Shown: positions 37,633-46,626, counted from the first letter of the stretch. The stretch is 64,000 nt of DNA from an uncultured delta proteobacterium (GCA_963699755.1 CAVOVB010000007.1:160001-224000), one strand, 5' to 3'. Notes: generated by a model from the sequence alone, not told the origin. A program made the numbers and translations.

Positions 37633-39266
37633 CGCTGCCCCTTTCTGCGCGCGTGCGGGTTGCCATGACAATCGGCGCACTCGCGATACCCGAGCCTGTA
37701 TCTCACCACTTGCACCCCGCTTCGTAGGCGCTCCTTTTGGTGACACCCGACGCACTTGAGCCCGGCGTGAGCGCCTTCGAGCGGATAGTCGGCGAGCTCC
37801 TCGTGGGCGAACGCCTCGATCTCGAAAGCATCCGTTATGTGGCACACCTCACACTCGCGCTTGGGCTCGCTGAGCCGAAACTGTCCGGCGTGAGTGTCCT
37901 GGTGACAACCGGCACAGTCGCGCGGCGCTCCACGGTAGGTCGCCCCCCGTCCGCTGAGCCGGTCCGCTTTCGAGGGGCTATGGCAGCTGTCACAGGCCGC
38001 TTCGGAGTGCGCGCCGGTCAGCGGCCAGGTGCTGTGGTCGATTTTGGGTGAGTCCCAGCCGCGCTCGGAGTGGCAATGCGCGCAGCCCCCATCGCTCATT
38101 TCGCTGGCGAACTGGTCGCCGTGGGGGTTGTCGTGGCAATCGATACAACGCTGCGATTTCAGCTCGAGCCGGTAGTGAGGTCGTTTCCCTTGGTGACAGC
38201 CCGTGCAAGGGACCGACTGATGCTTGCCATCGAGAGGGAACTTGGTCCGGCTGTGCTGCTCGACACCAAACGAAGTCGGCCAGAACCCGTGTTCGTCGTG
38301 GCAGGACTTGCAGTCGGCGCTTCCAAGGCTCCCGCGGTGCACATCTTTGTGGCAGTCCCCGCATTGATCGAACTCGAGACGGCGATATCGGCGCTCCATC
38401 GGCAGCTTGGGCGAATGGCAGCTAGTGCACGCGACGTCTTGATGCCGGCCTTCGAGGGGAAACGCAGTGAGAGGATGCGCGCGAAGCCCGATCCTGGTGG
38501 GCAGCCGCGTCCAGCGAATGCTGGCATGGCAGTTCTCGCATCGATCTCCGAATTTCGCTTCGTGAACCTGCGCATGGCAGGCTACGCACGCCGCGCCCGC
38601 GCTTGGGGCCGAGGTGTTGCCTTTGTCGTGACAGGCCTCGCACTTCGTTTTCGCATGCCCGCCGGCGAGGCTGAGACCAGGATGGTTGCTCCTGACGTTG
38701 GTGACCTGGCTCCAGTCGGTTTCGTTGTGGCACGACGTGCATTCAGCCCCCGCAAATCTGCCCTCGTGGGGATCCTCGTGGCAGGACACACAGTCGGTCT
38801 TCAGCCCGAGAAACGTCGCTTGACCGCGACGGTTGCGGCGATCGTGACAGTCCTCACATCGAACCGAGGCATGAGCCCCCTTGAGCGGCCAGCCCGATAG
38901 GCGATGATCGAAACGCGTCTGCCCACCGCCTGGCCACCGAACGAGCTTCGCATTCCTTCCGAGATGCTCGACGTGGCACTGGCCGCAGTCTTGTCCGCGA
39001 TACTCTCGTCCGTGGAGACCTGCCTGCTGGCGTATCCGTGCCCCCAAGTCGTCGTGGCAAGCCAGACAGGCATCGGTGTCGAGCCGCTGGCCGGTCGAGT
39101 GGCATTCACTGCAATTCGCATCGCCCTCGAGCTCGGCGTGTGCGCTCGTGAGCTTTCCGGGCGATAGGAACTGAGCGCCGGTCGGCCGAGGCACCAGCAC
39201 GCCAGCAATCGCAGCCGCGATCATCCACGCGCCCAAAAGCACCATAGCGGTCGTCCGCCCGCTCAT
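37629..39266 (-). CDS. 20-heme cytochrome c
   Basis: 20 CxxCH in 545 aa; signal peptide; SPG.L..AH start; repeated (W/F/Y)PL.G.H triheme modules. Confidence 0.9.
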   Translation of the reverse strand: MSGRTTAMVLLGAWMIAAAIAGVLVPRPTGAQFLSPGKLTSAHAELEGDANCSECHSTGQRLDTDACLACHDDLGARIRQQAGLHGREYRGQDCGQCHVEHLGRNAKLVRWPGGGQTRFDHRLSGWPLKGAHASVRCEDCHDRRNRRGQATFLGLKTDCVSCHEDPHEGRFAGAECTSCHNETDWSQVTNVRSNHPGLSLAGGHAKTKCEACHDKGNTSAPSAGAACVACHAQVHEAKFGDRCENCHASIRWTRLPTRIGLRAHPLTAFPLEGRHQDVACTSCHSPKLPMERRYRRLEFDQCGDCHKDVHRGSLGSADCKSCHDEHGFWPTSFGVEQHSRTKFPLDGKHQSVPCTGCHQGKRPHYRLELKSQRCIDCHDNPHGDQFASEMSDGGCAHCHSERGWDSPKIDHSTWPLTGAHSEAACDSCHSPSKADRLSGRGATYRGAPRDCAGCHQDTHAGQFRLSEPKRECEVCHITDAFEIEAFAHEELADYPLEGAHAGLKCVGCHQKERLRSGVQVVRYRLGYRECADCHGNPHARRKGQR

Positions 39267-40150
39267 TGGGAAAAGATCCATCGATAGCCGTAGATCCAAG
39301 CCACGGCGATGTGTACGGGAACGAGCAAAACGAGGATCAGCGCGAGCAACCGGTGGAAGCCTCGCCAGGACTGAAGCAGCGAGGAGGCTCCGACCGCGAC
39401 AACCTCGCGGGTTGCGTACTTGCGGACCACGCGCTTCGCCTTTCGAAAGCGTCTTCGTTCTTTGCGTCCGAGGACGTCAGCAACTGGGGCATCCTCGATC
39501 ACGAAGCTCACGATGAAGCCTCTTGAACGCGCATCCATCACCCACCTCGGAATGGCGGCGAGCTTGGCGAGCAGCCACTGATGCGCATCGACTTGGGTGA
39601 CCTTGTGGATCGCGAGCGCATGGTACACCCGGGCGCTGCACCCCGGAGCGAGCTCATCCAACGAGGCGAGCGCCTGCTCGAGCCGGGCTCGATCGGGACG
39701 CGGCGTCAATGCATAGAGATAGCGGCCTGCGATCCCGGTCGCCACCACGACGCCTAGACTGACCGCTGTGACCAGCGCGATCGGTGTCCGAAACTGGAAT
39801 GCGGAATGAAAGAGGATGAGGAGTGACCCGATCAGTCCGGTGAAGACGTGTAGGTTGAGCCAGGTGGCCATCGAGCCGAGCGACCAGCGCGCGAGCCTTC
39901 GCCGCGCGAGGTAGAGGAGGTTGGCGAGGATCAAGATCGTTCCGACGATGCCGTACCCGTGTCCGACCAGGCCGCCGGGCCGAAGCGCGTCGTAGTCGCC
40001 GTGCTCCACCCTCGCCTCGAGGTCGGACAGATAGAAGTCTTGACCGAGATCCCAGAGCACGTAGGCAAGAACGGAAATCGCCAACAACACCAGCAAGACG
40101 GCGCTTCGATCCGCGCGGCGCTTCTGCGCAGCTTTGGTTTTCCTCCCCAC
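39263..40150 (-). CDS. His-rich integral membrane protein, ferric-reductase/cytochrome b-like
   Basis: About 5 TM helices; GHGYG, WLNLH, LFHS, W..FH and VHI motifs; ATGA-coupled to the 20-heme gene. Confidence 0.7.
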   Translation of the reverse strand: MGRKTKAAQKRRADRSAVLLVLLAISVLAYVLWDLGQDFYLSDLEARVEHGDYDALRPGGLVGHGYGIVGTILILANLLYLARRRLARWSLGSMATWLNLHVFTGLIGSLLILFHSAFQFRTPIALVTAVSLGVVVATGIAGRYLYALTPRPDRARLEQALASLDELAPGCSARVYHALAIHKVTQVDAHQWLLAKLAAIPRWVMDARSRGFIVSFVIEDAPVADVLGRKERRRFRKAKRVVRKYATREVVAVGASSLLQSWRGFHRLLALILVLLVPVHIAVAWIYGYRWIFSQ

Positions 40151-40245
40151 AGCCCCCTACAGACGACGGGTCCCCACCCGTCCTGCATGTTAGAATCCCA
40201 GCGTAACAAAGGGGAGCCATTCGCACAAAAGGGCGAGCCGAAAAC

Positions 40246-41565
40246 ATGACCACTTGGATTGCACTTGGCTTCTTCGCTGCAGTTGCCCTCGGCTTGAACC
40301 TTTTTTGGAGACGAAACGAGCAGGTGCGCACCGAGACAGGTCGCCAAAAACTCGAGGAGCTGCGAGCCATGGGGGACCTCGTCCCCGCGAGCATTCATCC
40401 TGAGATCGATCCCATCCGCTGCATCGGTTCAGGGGCATGTGTCTATGCCTGCCCGGAGAAGAGCGTCCTCGCGGTGGTCAATGGCAGGGGCGTGCTGACC
40501 AACCCGCTCGGCTGCATCGGACACGGCGCCTGCGCCTCGGCCTGCCCAGTTCAGGCGATCTCGTTGGTGTTTGGCACTGAGAAGCGCGGGCTCGAGCTGC
40601 CCCAGCTGGATCCCGACTTTCAGACCAACCAGCCCGGCATCTACATCGTCGGCGAGCTCGGCGGAATGGGACTCATTCGTAACGCGGTCTCGCAGGGACG
40701 GCAGGCGGCTGACCACATCGTCGCGGGTCATCGCAGAGGAGCAGGCGAATCGCTCGATGCACTGATCGTCGGCGCCGGCCCGGCCGGGACGAGCGCGACG
40801 CTGCGCTTGATGGAAGCCGGGTTGCGGGTGCTCTTGCTCGAACGGGAAGCCTTTGGCGGCACGATTACACACTACCCGCGGGCGAAGGTCGTCATGACCG
40901 GATCGCTCGACTTCCCGATGTACGGGCGTGTGTCCAAGACAAAGATGAGCAAGGAGCAGCTCATGACGCTCTGGGAGGACATCCAGGAGAAGACCGGGCT
41001 GCAGGTCGCTGTGGGAGAGCTCGTCGAGAAGATCGAGCGCGGACCGGGACCGAACGACAGCTGGTTGGTCTCCTCCACCGGCGGTGTGTTCGGAGCGGCA
41101 AACGTCCTCTTGGCCCTCGGCCGTCGCGGCTCTCCGCGTAAGCTCGGGGTGCCCGGCGAGGAACGTTCGAAGGTCGCCTATCGAGTGATCGAGCCCGAGG
41201 TCTTTCGAGAGCAGCACGTATTGGTGGTCGGCGGCGGCAATGCGGCGGTCGAGTCGGCATTTGCCCTACTCGATGGCGGAAACTGCGCGTCGGTGACGAT
41301 CAGCTATCGCAAGAATGCTTTTGCGCGCTGCCGTGAGCCGAACCGCAAGCGCATCGAAGCGGAGGTCCAGGCCGGCCGGCTTACCGCGTTGATGGGCACC
41401 GAGGTCGAGGAGATCTTCGACGATCGAGTCACCCTCCGCAACGGGTCGGGACTGCCGATCTCGATCCAGAACGACGCGGTCGTGGTCCAGGTCGGTGGAA
41501 CGGCGCCGACCGACTTGCTTCAGGGCGTCGGGATCGAGATCGTCACCAAGTACGGAGAAGCCTAG
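40246..41565 (+). CDS. Membrane-anchored NAD(P)/FAD oxidoreductase (TrxR/YpdA-like) with ferredoxin dicluster domain
   Basis: N-terminal TM; CIGSGACVYACP and CIGHGACASACP; VGAGPAG; VGGGNAA; YRK. Confidence 0.85.
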   Translation: MTTWIALGFFAAVALGLNLFWRRNEQVRTETGRQKLEELRAMGDLVPASIHPEIDPIRCIGSGACVYACPEKSVLAVVNGRGVLTNPLGCIGHGACASACPVQAISLVFGTEKRGLELPQLDPDFQTNQPGIYIVGELGGMGLIRNAVSQGRQAADHIVAGHRRGAGESLDALIVGAGPAGTSATLRLMEAGLRVLLLEREAFGGTITHYPRAKVVMTGSLDFPMYGRVSKTKMSKEQLMTLWEDIQEKTGLQVAVGELVEKIERGPGPNDSWLVSSTGGVFGAANVLLALGRRGSPRKLGVPGEERSKVAYRVIEPEVFREQHVLVVGGGNAAVESAFALLDGGNCASVTISYRKNAFARCREPNRKRIEAEVQAGRLTALMGTEVEEIFDDRVTLRNGSGLPISIQNDAVVVQVGGTAPTDLLQGVGIEIVTKYGEA

Positions 41566-42254
41566 TCGCGATTACGGCCGTCGGCATGGCACTCCAAGCA
41601 GAAATTGGGAGATGCCTCTCCACTCGGGTAGCGGCCGACCTCGTTGTGTTTTGGATCCATCCGGGCGCGCGTGTGCTCTCCGTCGTGGCAACCAACGCAA
41701 TCGCTGTTCTCGCCGCCCACCGGCGATCCGAGCGCAGGGTTGTGGCAGGACACGCAGTCGTTCCGGTACGGCGAATGCGCCCCGTTCTGAATGGGAAACG
41801 CGTTCTCGGGATGCGTACCGCCAACCGCTGGCGCCCACGCTTCGGTCGTATGGCAGTTCTCGCAGGTCGTGGGGAAGTCTGAGTGTCCCGGATACGGGCT
41901 GCTGTCATAGTCGTCTTGATGACATCCGACGCACAGGGTGGGGGTGCCCTGGAAGACCGCTGGATTTCCGACGTGGCATGACGCACAGTCGACGTCGGCC
42001 GCCGCATGCGCGCCATTGAGCGGCCACGGATGCATGAACAACCGTGCCGGCTTCCAAGCGTCGCTGCTGTGGCAGGTGCCGCAGGTATCCGGAAAGCCTT
42101 GATGTGGGGGGTTGAGGGCGTGCTGCACATCCTCGGCGTGACAGACGATGCAATCCGCACCGCGCACCTCGACGCGCGCGTGGTCCTGCGTGCCGCCAGT
42201 GCACGCATGGTTGAGCAAGAGCACGCCCAGCACCCCGATCCTGAGAAATCGCAT
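41562..42254 (-). CDS. Octaheme cytochrome c lipoprotein
   Basis: 8 CxxCH in 230 aa; signal MRFLRIG...LLLNHA-C (lipobox-like). Confidence 0.85.
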   Translation of the reverse strand: MRFLRIGVLGVLLLNHACTGGTQDHARVEVRGADCIVCHAEDVQHALNPPHQGFPDTCGTCHSSDAWKPARLFMHPWPLNGAHAAADVDCASCHVGNPAVFQGTPTLCVGCHQDDYDSSPYPGHSDFPTTCENCHTTEAWAPAVGGTHPENAFPIQNGAHSPYRNDCVSCHNPALGSPVGGENSDCVGCHDGEHTRARMDPKHNEVGRYPSGEASPNFCLECHADGRNRD

Positions 42255-42516
42255 CACCCGTCGGCCACCAATCCGCTCACCCAAAGTTAGCACCTCTGGC
42301 TTAGACTCGGTAGCTGACCGACGAACAGGGGAAGCCCTGTAACACGCTGAAAAAACAGGCTTTGAGGGGTACGGAGCGGGATCTTGTCGACCGACGCAGC
42401 CGAGTGCTTGAAACTGGGCCTCCGATGTGCCTCTGTTCTCTCACCAATCGAGGGCGAACCTTGATTTGAGGGCCCCTTACATTTAACCTGGCGGGGTTAA
42501 TCACAATGGCATTAGA

Positions 42517-44724
42517 ATGTCACCCATGAGGCTTAGTTCTCGTGGACCGCTTGGGCGCCTCGCGGCTCTCGGGCTAGTGGCCACCTTGTTGATCGGCGTG
42601 GGATGCAGTGGGGCTGCGAGTCCGTCTCACGAACCGGGGAGGATCGTTCAAGCCGAATGCATCACGTGCCATGAAGCAGACCGCAAGGCGGCGATCAATC
42701 CACCGCACGCTTCCCTCCCGAGCACATGCCAGGACTGCCACACGGAACACCAATGGGACCCGGCTGTGTCCACCACCATCCACACGCCGCTTCCGACATC
42801 TTGCGTAACGTGTCACGAAAACCAGCCCCGGCCGCAAACGCTCTTCCATACGCAGGCCGTCGAGACCGAGTGCGTCAACTGCCACCGAAACTATCCGGAT
42901 TGGACGCAGGCCAACTTCCTCCACATGCCCGCGCCTCGCGCCTGCGCAGATTGCCACGCGGATCAGAGGCCCAACACGCCCACGCACCAAACCTCGCAAG
43001 GCCAGGGCGACTGTGCGTCGTGCCACATCATCAACGACTGGGCGATCACCGACCCGGCGGCGCTTCACACCCCGCTGCCAGCGTCTTGCGTGACATGTCA
43101 TGAAAACGATACGCAACCGCAGACGATCTTTCACACCCAAGCCGTGGAGAGCGAGTGTGCGAGCTGTCACACGAACTATCCGGATTGGACGCAAACCGAC
43201 TTCCTTCATTCGCCCGTGCCGAGCACCTGCAACGACTGCCACAGCGACCTCAGACCCACGACGCCCACGCATCAATCGACCGCGGGCCGGGGAGACTGTG
43301 CCGGCTGCCACGTCGTGGACGACTGGGCCATCACCGACCCGGCAGCCATTCACACGCCGCTGCCGGCATCCTGCAAGACGTGTCACCAAGACACTTTGCA
43401 GCCCCAGACAATCTTCCACACCCAGGCCTTCGACACCGAGTGCCGCAGCTGTCACCGAAGCTATCCGGATTGGAAGCCGGCTGATTTCCTCCACACGCCC
43501 GTGCCCAGCACCTGCGATGCTTGCCACAGCGATCTGAGACCCACGACTCCTACGCATCAATCGGCCGCAGGCCTCGGGGACTGTGCCCGCTGCCACGTCG
43601 TGGAAGACTGGGCCGTCACCGACCCGGCCACACTCCATGCGCCGCTTCCGGCAGCGTGCATATCGTGTCACCAGAACGAACCGCGACAGTCGACGATTTT
43701 CCATACCCAGGTCCTCGAGCCCGAATGCGCCGGCTGTCACCGGAGCTATCCGGATTGGACACCGGTTGACTTTCTCCACGCGCCTGTGCCCGACACCTGC
43801 TTGGACTGTCACTCTGATCGAAGACCCGACACGGCCACGCACCAAACCGCGGCGGGCCAGGGCGACTGCGCCTCCTGCCATCTCGTCAGCGACTGGACGA
43901 CGGCCGATCCGGAGGAGCTCCATACGCCGCTTCCAGCATCTTGCATGACATGTCACCAAAACGAGCCTCGGCAACCGACGATCTTCCACACCCAGATCGC
44001 TCAACCCGAGTGCGCGCGCTGTCACCATCAATATCCAGGTTGGACGCCGGCTGACTTCTTGCACGCGCCCATTCCAAACACCTGCAATGCTTGCCACAGC
44101 AACCTGCGGCCCAATACTCCGACGCATCAATCAGCCGCAGGACTCGGGGACTGCGCCAGCTGCCACGTCGCGAACGACTGGACACTGGTCGATCCGACAG
44201 CGCTCCACACACCGCTTCCGGCCGCTTGCATTGCTTGTCACGCCGACGAACCCAGGGCGAACAATCCGCTACACACGCAAACATACGAACCCGAATGTGC
44301 GAGCTGTCACCGCTCGTATCCGGCCTGGACTCCGGCAACGTTCGCCCACACTCCGCCGCCAACGCGCTGCTATGACTGTCACGAATCGCAGCGCCCCATG
44401 ACCCCAACGCACCCCAGCACTGGCGACTGCCTGGGTTGCCACGCGACGTCAGCCTGGCTTCCGGCAACGGGTGGCGCCCATCCCGAAACTGCGTTCCGGA
44501 TCCAATCGGGAGCGCACTCGAGATATCGAAACGATTGTGCCTCCTGCCACAACGTGGCGCTCGGCTCGCCCGTGGGCGGCGAGAATACCGACTGCGTCGG
44601 TTGCCACGATGGCACCCACACGCGGTCCCGCATGGACAGCAAGCACGGGGACGTGCGCAACTATCCGAGCGGCGCCGCGCCTCCGAACTTCTGCCTAGAT
44701 TGTCATTCAGACGGCCGAAACTAG
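42517..44724 (+). CDS. 29-heme cytochrome c lipoprotein with six tandem tetraheme repeats
   Basis: 29 CxxCH in 735 aa; lipobox IGVG-C. Confidence 0.9.
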   Translation: MSPMRLSSRGPLGRLAALGLVATLLIGVGCSGAASPSHEPGRIVQAECITCHEADRKAAINPPHASLPSTCQDCHTEHQWDPAVSTTIHTPLPTSCVTCHENQPRPQTLFHTQAVETECVNCHRNYPDWTQANFLHMPAPRACADCHADQRPNTPTHQTSQGQGDCASCHIINDWAITDPAALHTPLPASCVTCHENDTQPQTIFHTQAVESECASCHTNYPDWTQTDFLHSPVPSTCNDCHSDLRPTTPTHQSTAGRGDCAGCHVVDDWAITDPAAIHTPLPASCKTCHQDTLQPQTIFHTQAFDTECRSCHRSYPDWKPADFLHTPVPSTCDACHSDLRPTTPTHQSAAGLGDCARCHVVEDWAVTDPATLHAPLPAACISCHQNEPRQSTIFHTQVLEPECAGCHRSYPDWTPVDFLHAPVPDTCLDCHSDRRPDTATHQTAAGQGDCASCHLVSDWTTADPEELHTPLPASCMTCHQNEPRQPTIFHTQIAQPECARCHHQYPGWTPADFLHAPIPNTCNACHSNLRPNTPTHQSAAGLGDCASCHVANDWTLVDPTALHTPLPAACIACHADEPRANNPLHTQTYEPECASCHRSYPAWTPATFAHTPPPTRCYDCHESQRPMTPTHPSTGDCLGCHATSAWLPATGGAHPETAFRIQSGAHSRYRNDCASCHNVALGSPVGGENTDCVGCHDGTHTRSRMDSKHGDVRNYPSGAAPPNFCLDCHSDGRN
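42781..44451 (+). repeat. Six degenerate 285-bp (95-aa) intragenic tandem repeats
   Basis: Units start at 42781, 43066, 43351, 43636, 43921 and 44206 (H(T/A)PLP..CxxCH); the last unit is shorter. Confidence 0.95.
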
Positions 44725-44745
44725 GGGCCGCACGAAGTCACGCGC

Positions 44746-44946
44746 TCAGAATGCTTTGCCTTCGCTCATCCCGAAACGCTTCGCGATCGTCGCCATGGGG
44801 CAAAAGCCCGTAAAGGAGGCCTGAAACATGTTCAGCCCGACAAAGGCCGGAAGGATGAGCCAGGCGATATTGTGACTGTAGGCGAGGATCACGCCTGCGG
44901 TGACCATGATGCCTGCAACTCGAAAGACCAATTTGTCGATGTTCAT
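44746..44946 (-). CDS. DUF2892 (YgaP-like) small membrane protein
   Basis: R.AG; FVGLN.FQ..FTGFCP motif. Confidence 0.85.
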   Translation of the reverse strand: MNIDKLVFRVAGIMVTAGVILAYSHNIAWLILPAFVGLNMFQASFTGFCPMATIAKRFGMSEGKAF

Positions 44947-44972
44947 GATTGCGTTCCTTTCGTTTTGAAATC

Positions 44973-46592
44973 TCAGAAGGAGTAGCGAAGCCTCGCGTAG
45001 ACGTTCGTGTTCTCTTGGAGCTGTCCGAAGAAGCTGTAGTCGTCGCGACCGAACATGAGGTTCGCGCCGATGACGATCGCCAGGGGCTCGACGATCTTGT
45101 AGGTGATGCGCGGCCGGATGTAGGTGTCGAGCTGGTCCGGCGAGAAGAAGACGAAGAGCGAGAGCTCGAGCTTGTCCATGACCAGGAGCTGGTTGAGCCG
45201 TAGCGTGATGAGGTGCCGGAACTCGTGCTGCTCGTATTGAGGCCAGAACGAGCTCGCGATCAGCTCGTCGTACTTGAGCGTGTACTCGAGGTAGTATTGC
45301 AGGCCCATTTGGAACTTCGGAAGGAGCTCACGCTCATAGCCCACCAGTCCCCGGAACTGGGAGTTCGGTATCGCGGGGCTCGTCCCCGCCCGATCCTTGA
45401 ATGAGTCGTAGAACGCACCTTCGACGTTGAAGAGGCCGCCAAAGAGCGGGGTGCGCAGGCTCGCGCCGTAGACGGCCAGGCGCGCGTAGGTGAGCCCCAA
45501 AATGGTGTTCGGATCCGCCGGGTCGGTGAGCGCAAGCGCATTGGGCTGCATCCAGTAACCCACATAGCCATAGGCCGCGAGCTCGACGGCGCCTGCCGTG
45601 CCGTAGAGGCGGCCGTGGATCGTGCCGTTTCGCAGTCGCTGCTCGGGGAAGAACGGATCGATCGGCGTGAGCGGAGACCGATCGCCGACGACCTCTGCGA
45701 CCAGGGGATTGAAGAACGAGAGACGCTGCCCGTTGATGAAGCGATCCGGCTCGAAGATCGGGGTCCAGATCAAGTCCAGTCCGACTTTGTTCATCATGAA
45801 CGTGGTCTGCACCGAATTCGAGGGCGCCTTGAGGTATTCGTCCGCGCGACCGATGAAGAAGGAGTTGAAGTCCTTCGGAAAGAGGTCGTTCAAGAACAAG
45901 AAGTCGCCCGTGCCCCAGGTGAGCACCTGACGGCCGAACCGCATGCTGAACCAGCTTCCACCACGTATGAAGATCGACGCATCTCGAATGTCGAACCAGA
46001 TCCGACGGTCGACGGCGTCCGCGAAGACATCGCCCCGAAAGCGTGCGCTCACGATCTCATGGGTGGCGTCGAGGTTCAGACGAAAGCGCGCCTCGTTTGC
46101 GACGAATTCATTGGCGCTGGCGCTGCTTGGGACGACGCGCGGCGCGATGAGGCCTTCGACGAAGCCGCCGATCTGAAAGTCCCAGGCCTTGGCGCCAGAG
46201 CCTCCTTCTCCTCCACCCTCTTCCTCTTCCCAGTCGTCGAACTCGCCCCAGTCCTCGTCGCCGCCAGAATCGTCGGCCGGCTCGACGTCGCCCGCGAGCT
46301 CCTCGGGCGGATCCGAAGCTTCTGCGGCGTTCAGCGGGCCTTCTGCCTCAGCCTCGAGCGCCTCTTCCGCTCTCGGATCAGGAGACCCCTCGGGCTCAGA
46401 CCGAGTAGATGGACCTGCGTCGGAGCCGCCCGCGCCCTCCTCTTCCTTGGGCGCGGCCATCTCTTGCCCGACTTGACCGAGGGCCCCAGAGGCGAAGACG
46501 AGGGCCGTGAACACGAGCGCAGCGATCGCCAAGCACCTGAGCGAGCCGCCACCCTCGTGGCACCGCTCGGTAGTACAGATCGCCGGTTTCAT
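44973..46592 (-). CDS. Outer-membrane beta-barrel protein (DUF1302-like) with acidic disordered N-terminus
   Basis: Signal peptide; E/D-rich region; GRQVLTWGTGD; C-terminal LRYSF; start ATG46592. Confidence 0.7.
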   Translation of the reverse strand: MKPAICTTERCHEGGGSLRCLAIAALVFTALVFASGALGQVGQEMAAPKEEEGAGGSDAGPSTRSEPEGSPDPRAEEALEAEAEGPLNAAEASDPPEELAGDVEPADDSGGDEDWGEFDDWEEEEGGGEGGSGAKAWDFQIGGFVEGLIAPRVVPSSASANEFVANEARFRLNLDATHEIVSARFRGDVFADAVDRRIWFDIRDASIFIRGGSWFSMRFGRQVLTWGTGDFLFLNDLFPKDFNSFFIGRADEYLKAPSNSVQTTFMMNKVGLDLIWTPIFEPDRFINGQRLSFFNPLVAEVVGDRSPLTPIDPFFPEQRLRNGTIHGRLYGTAGAVELAAYGYVGYWMQPNALALTDPADPNTILGLTYARLAVYGASLRTPLFGGLFNVEGAFYDSFKDRAGTSPAIPNSQFRGLVGYERELLPKFQMGLQYYLEYTLKYDELIASSFWPQYEQHEFRHLITLRLNQLLVMDKLELSLFVFFSPDQLDTYIRPRITYKIVEPLAIVIGANLMFGRDDYSFFGQLQENTNVYARLRYSF

Positions 46593-46626
46593 GGATTTGC
46601 TCCGTGCTCGTCTGCGCGCGCTCCGC

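Noticed and set aside
42321..42342. AACAGGGGAAGCCCTGTAA resembling part of a cobalamin riboswitch
   Set aside because: Only a short hairpin (ACAGGG-GAAG-CCCTGT); the other conserved elements are missing.
42781..44451. 285-bp repeats as mobile elements or diversity-generating retroelement cassettes
   Set aside because: In-frame protein domain repeats; no reverse transcriptase, transposase or terminal repeats in the window.
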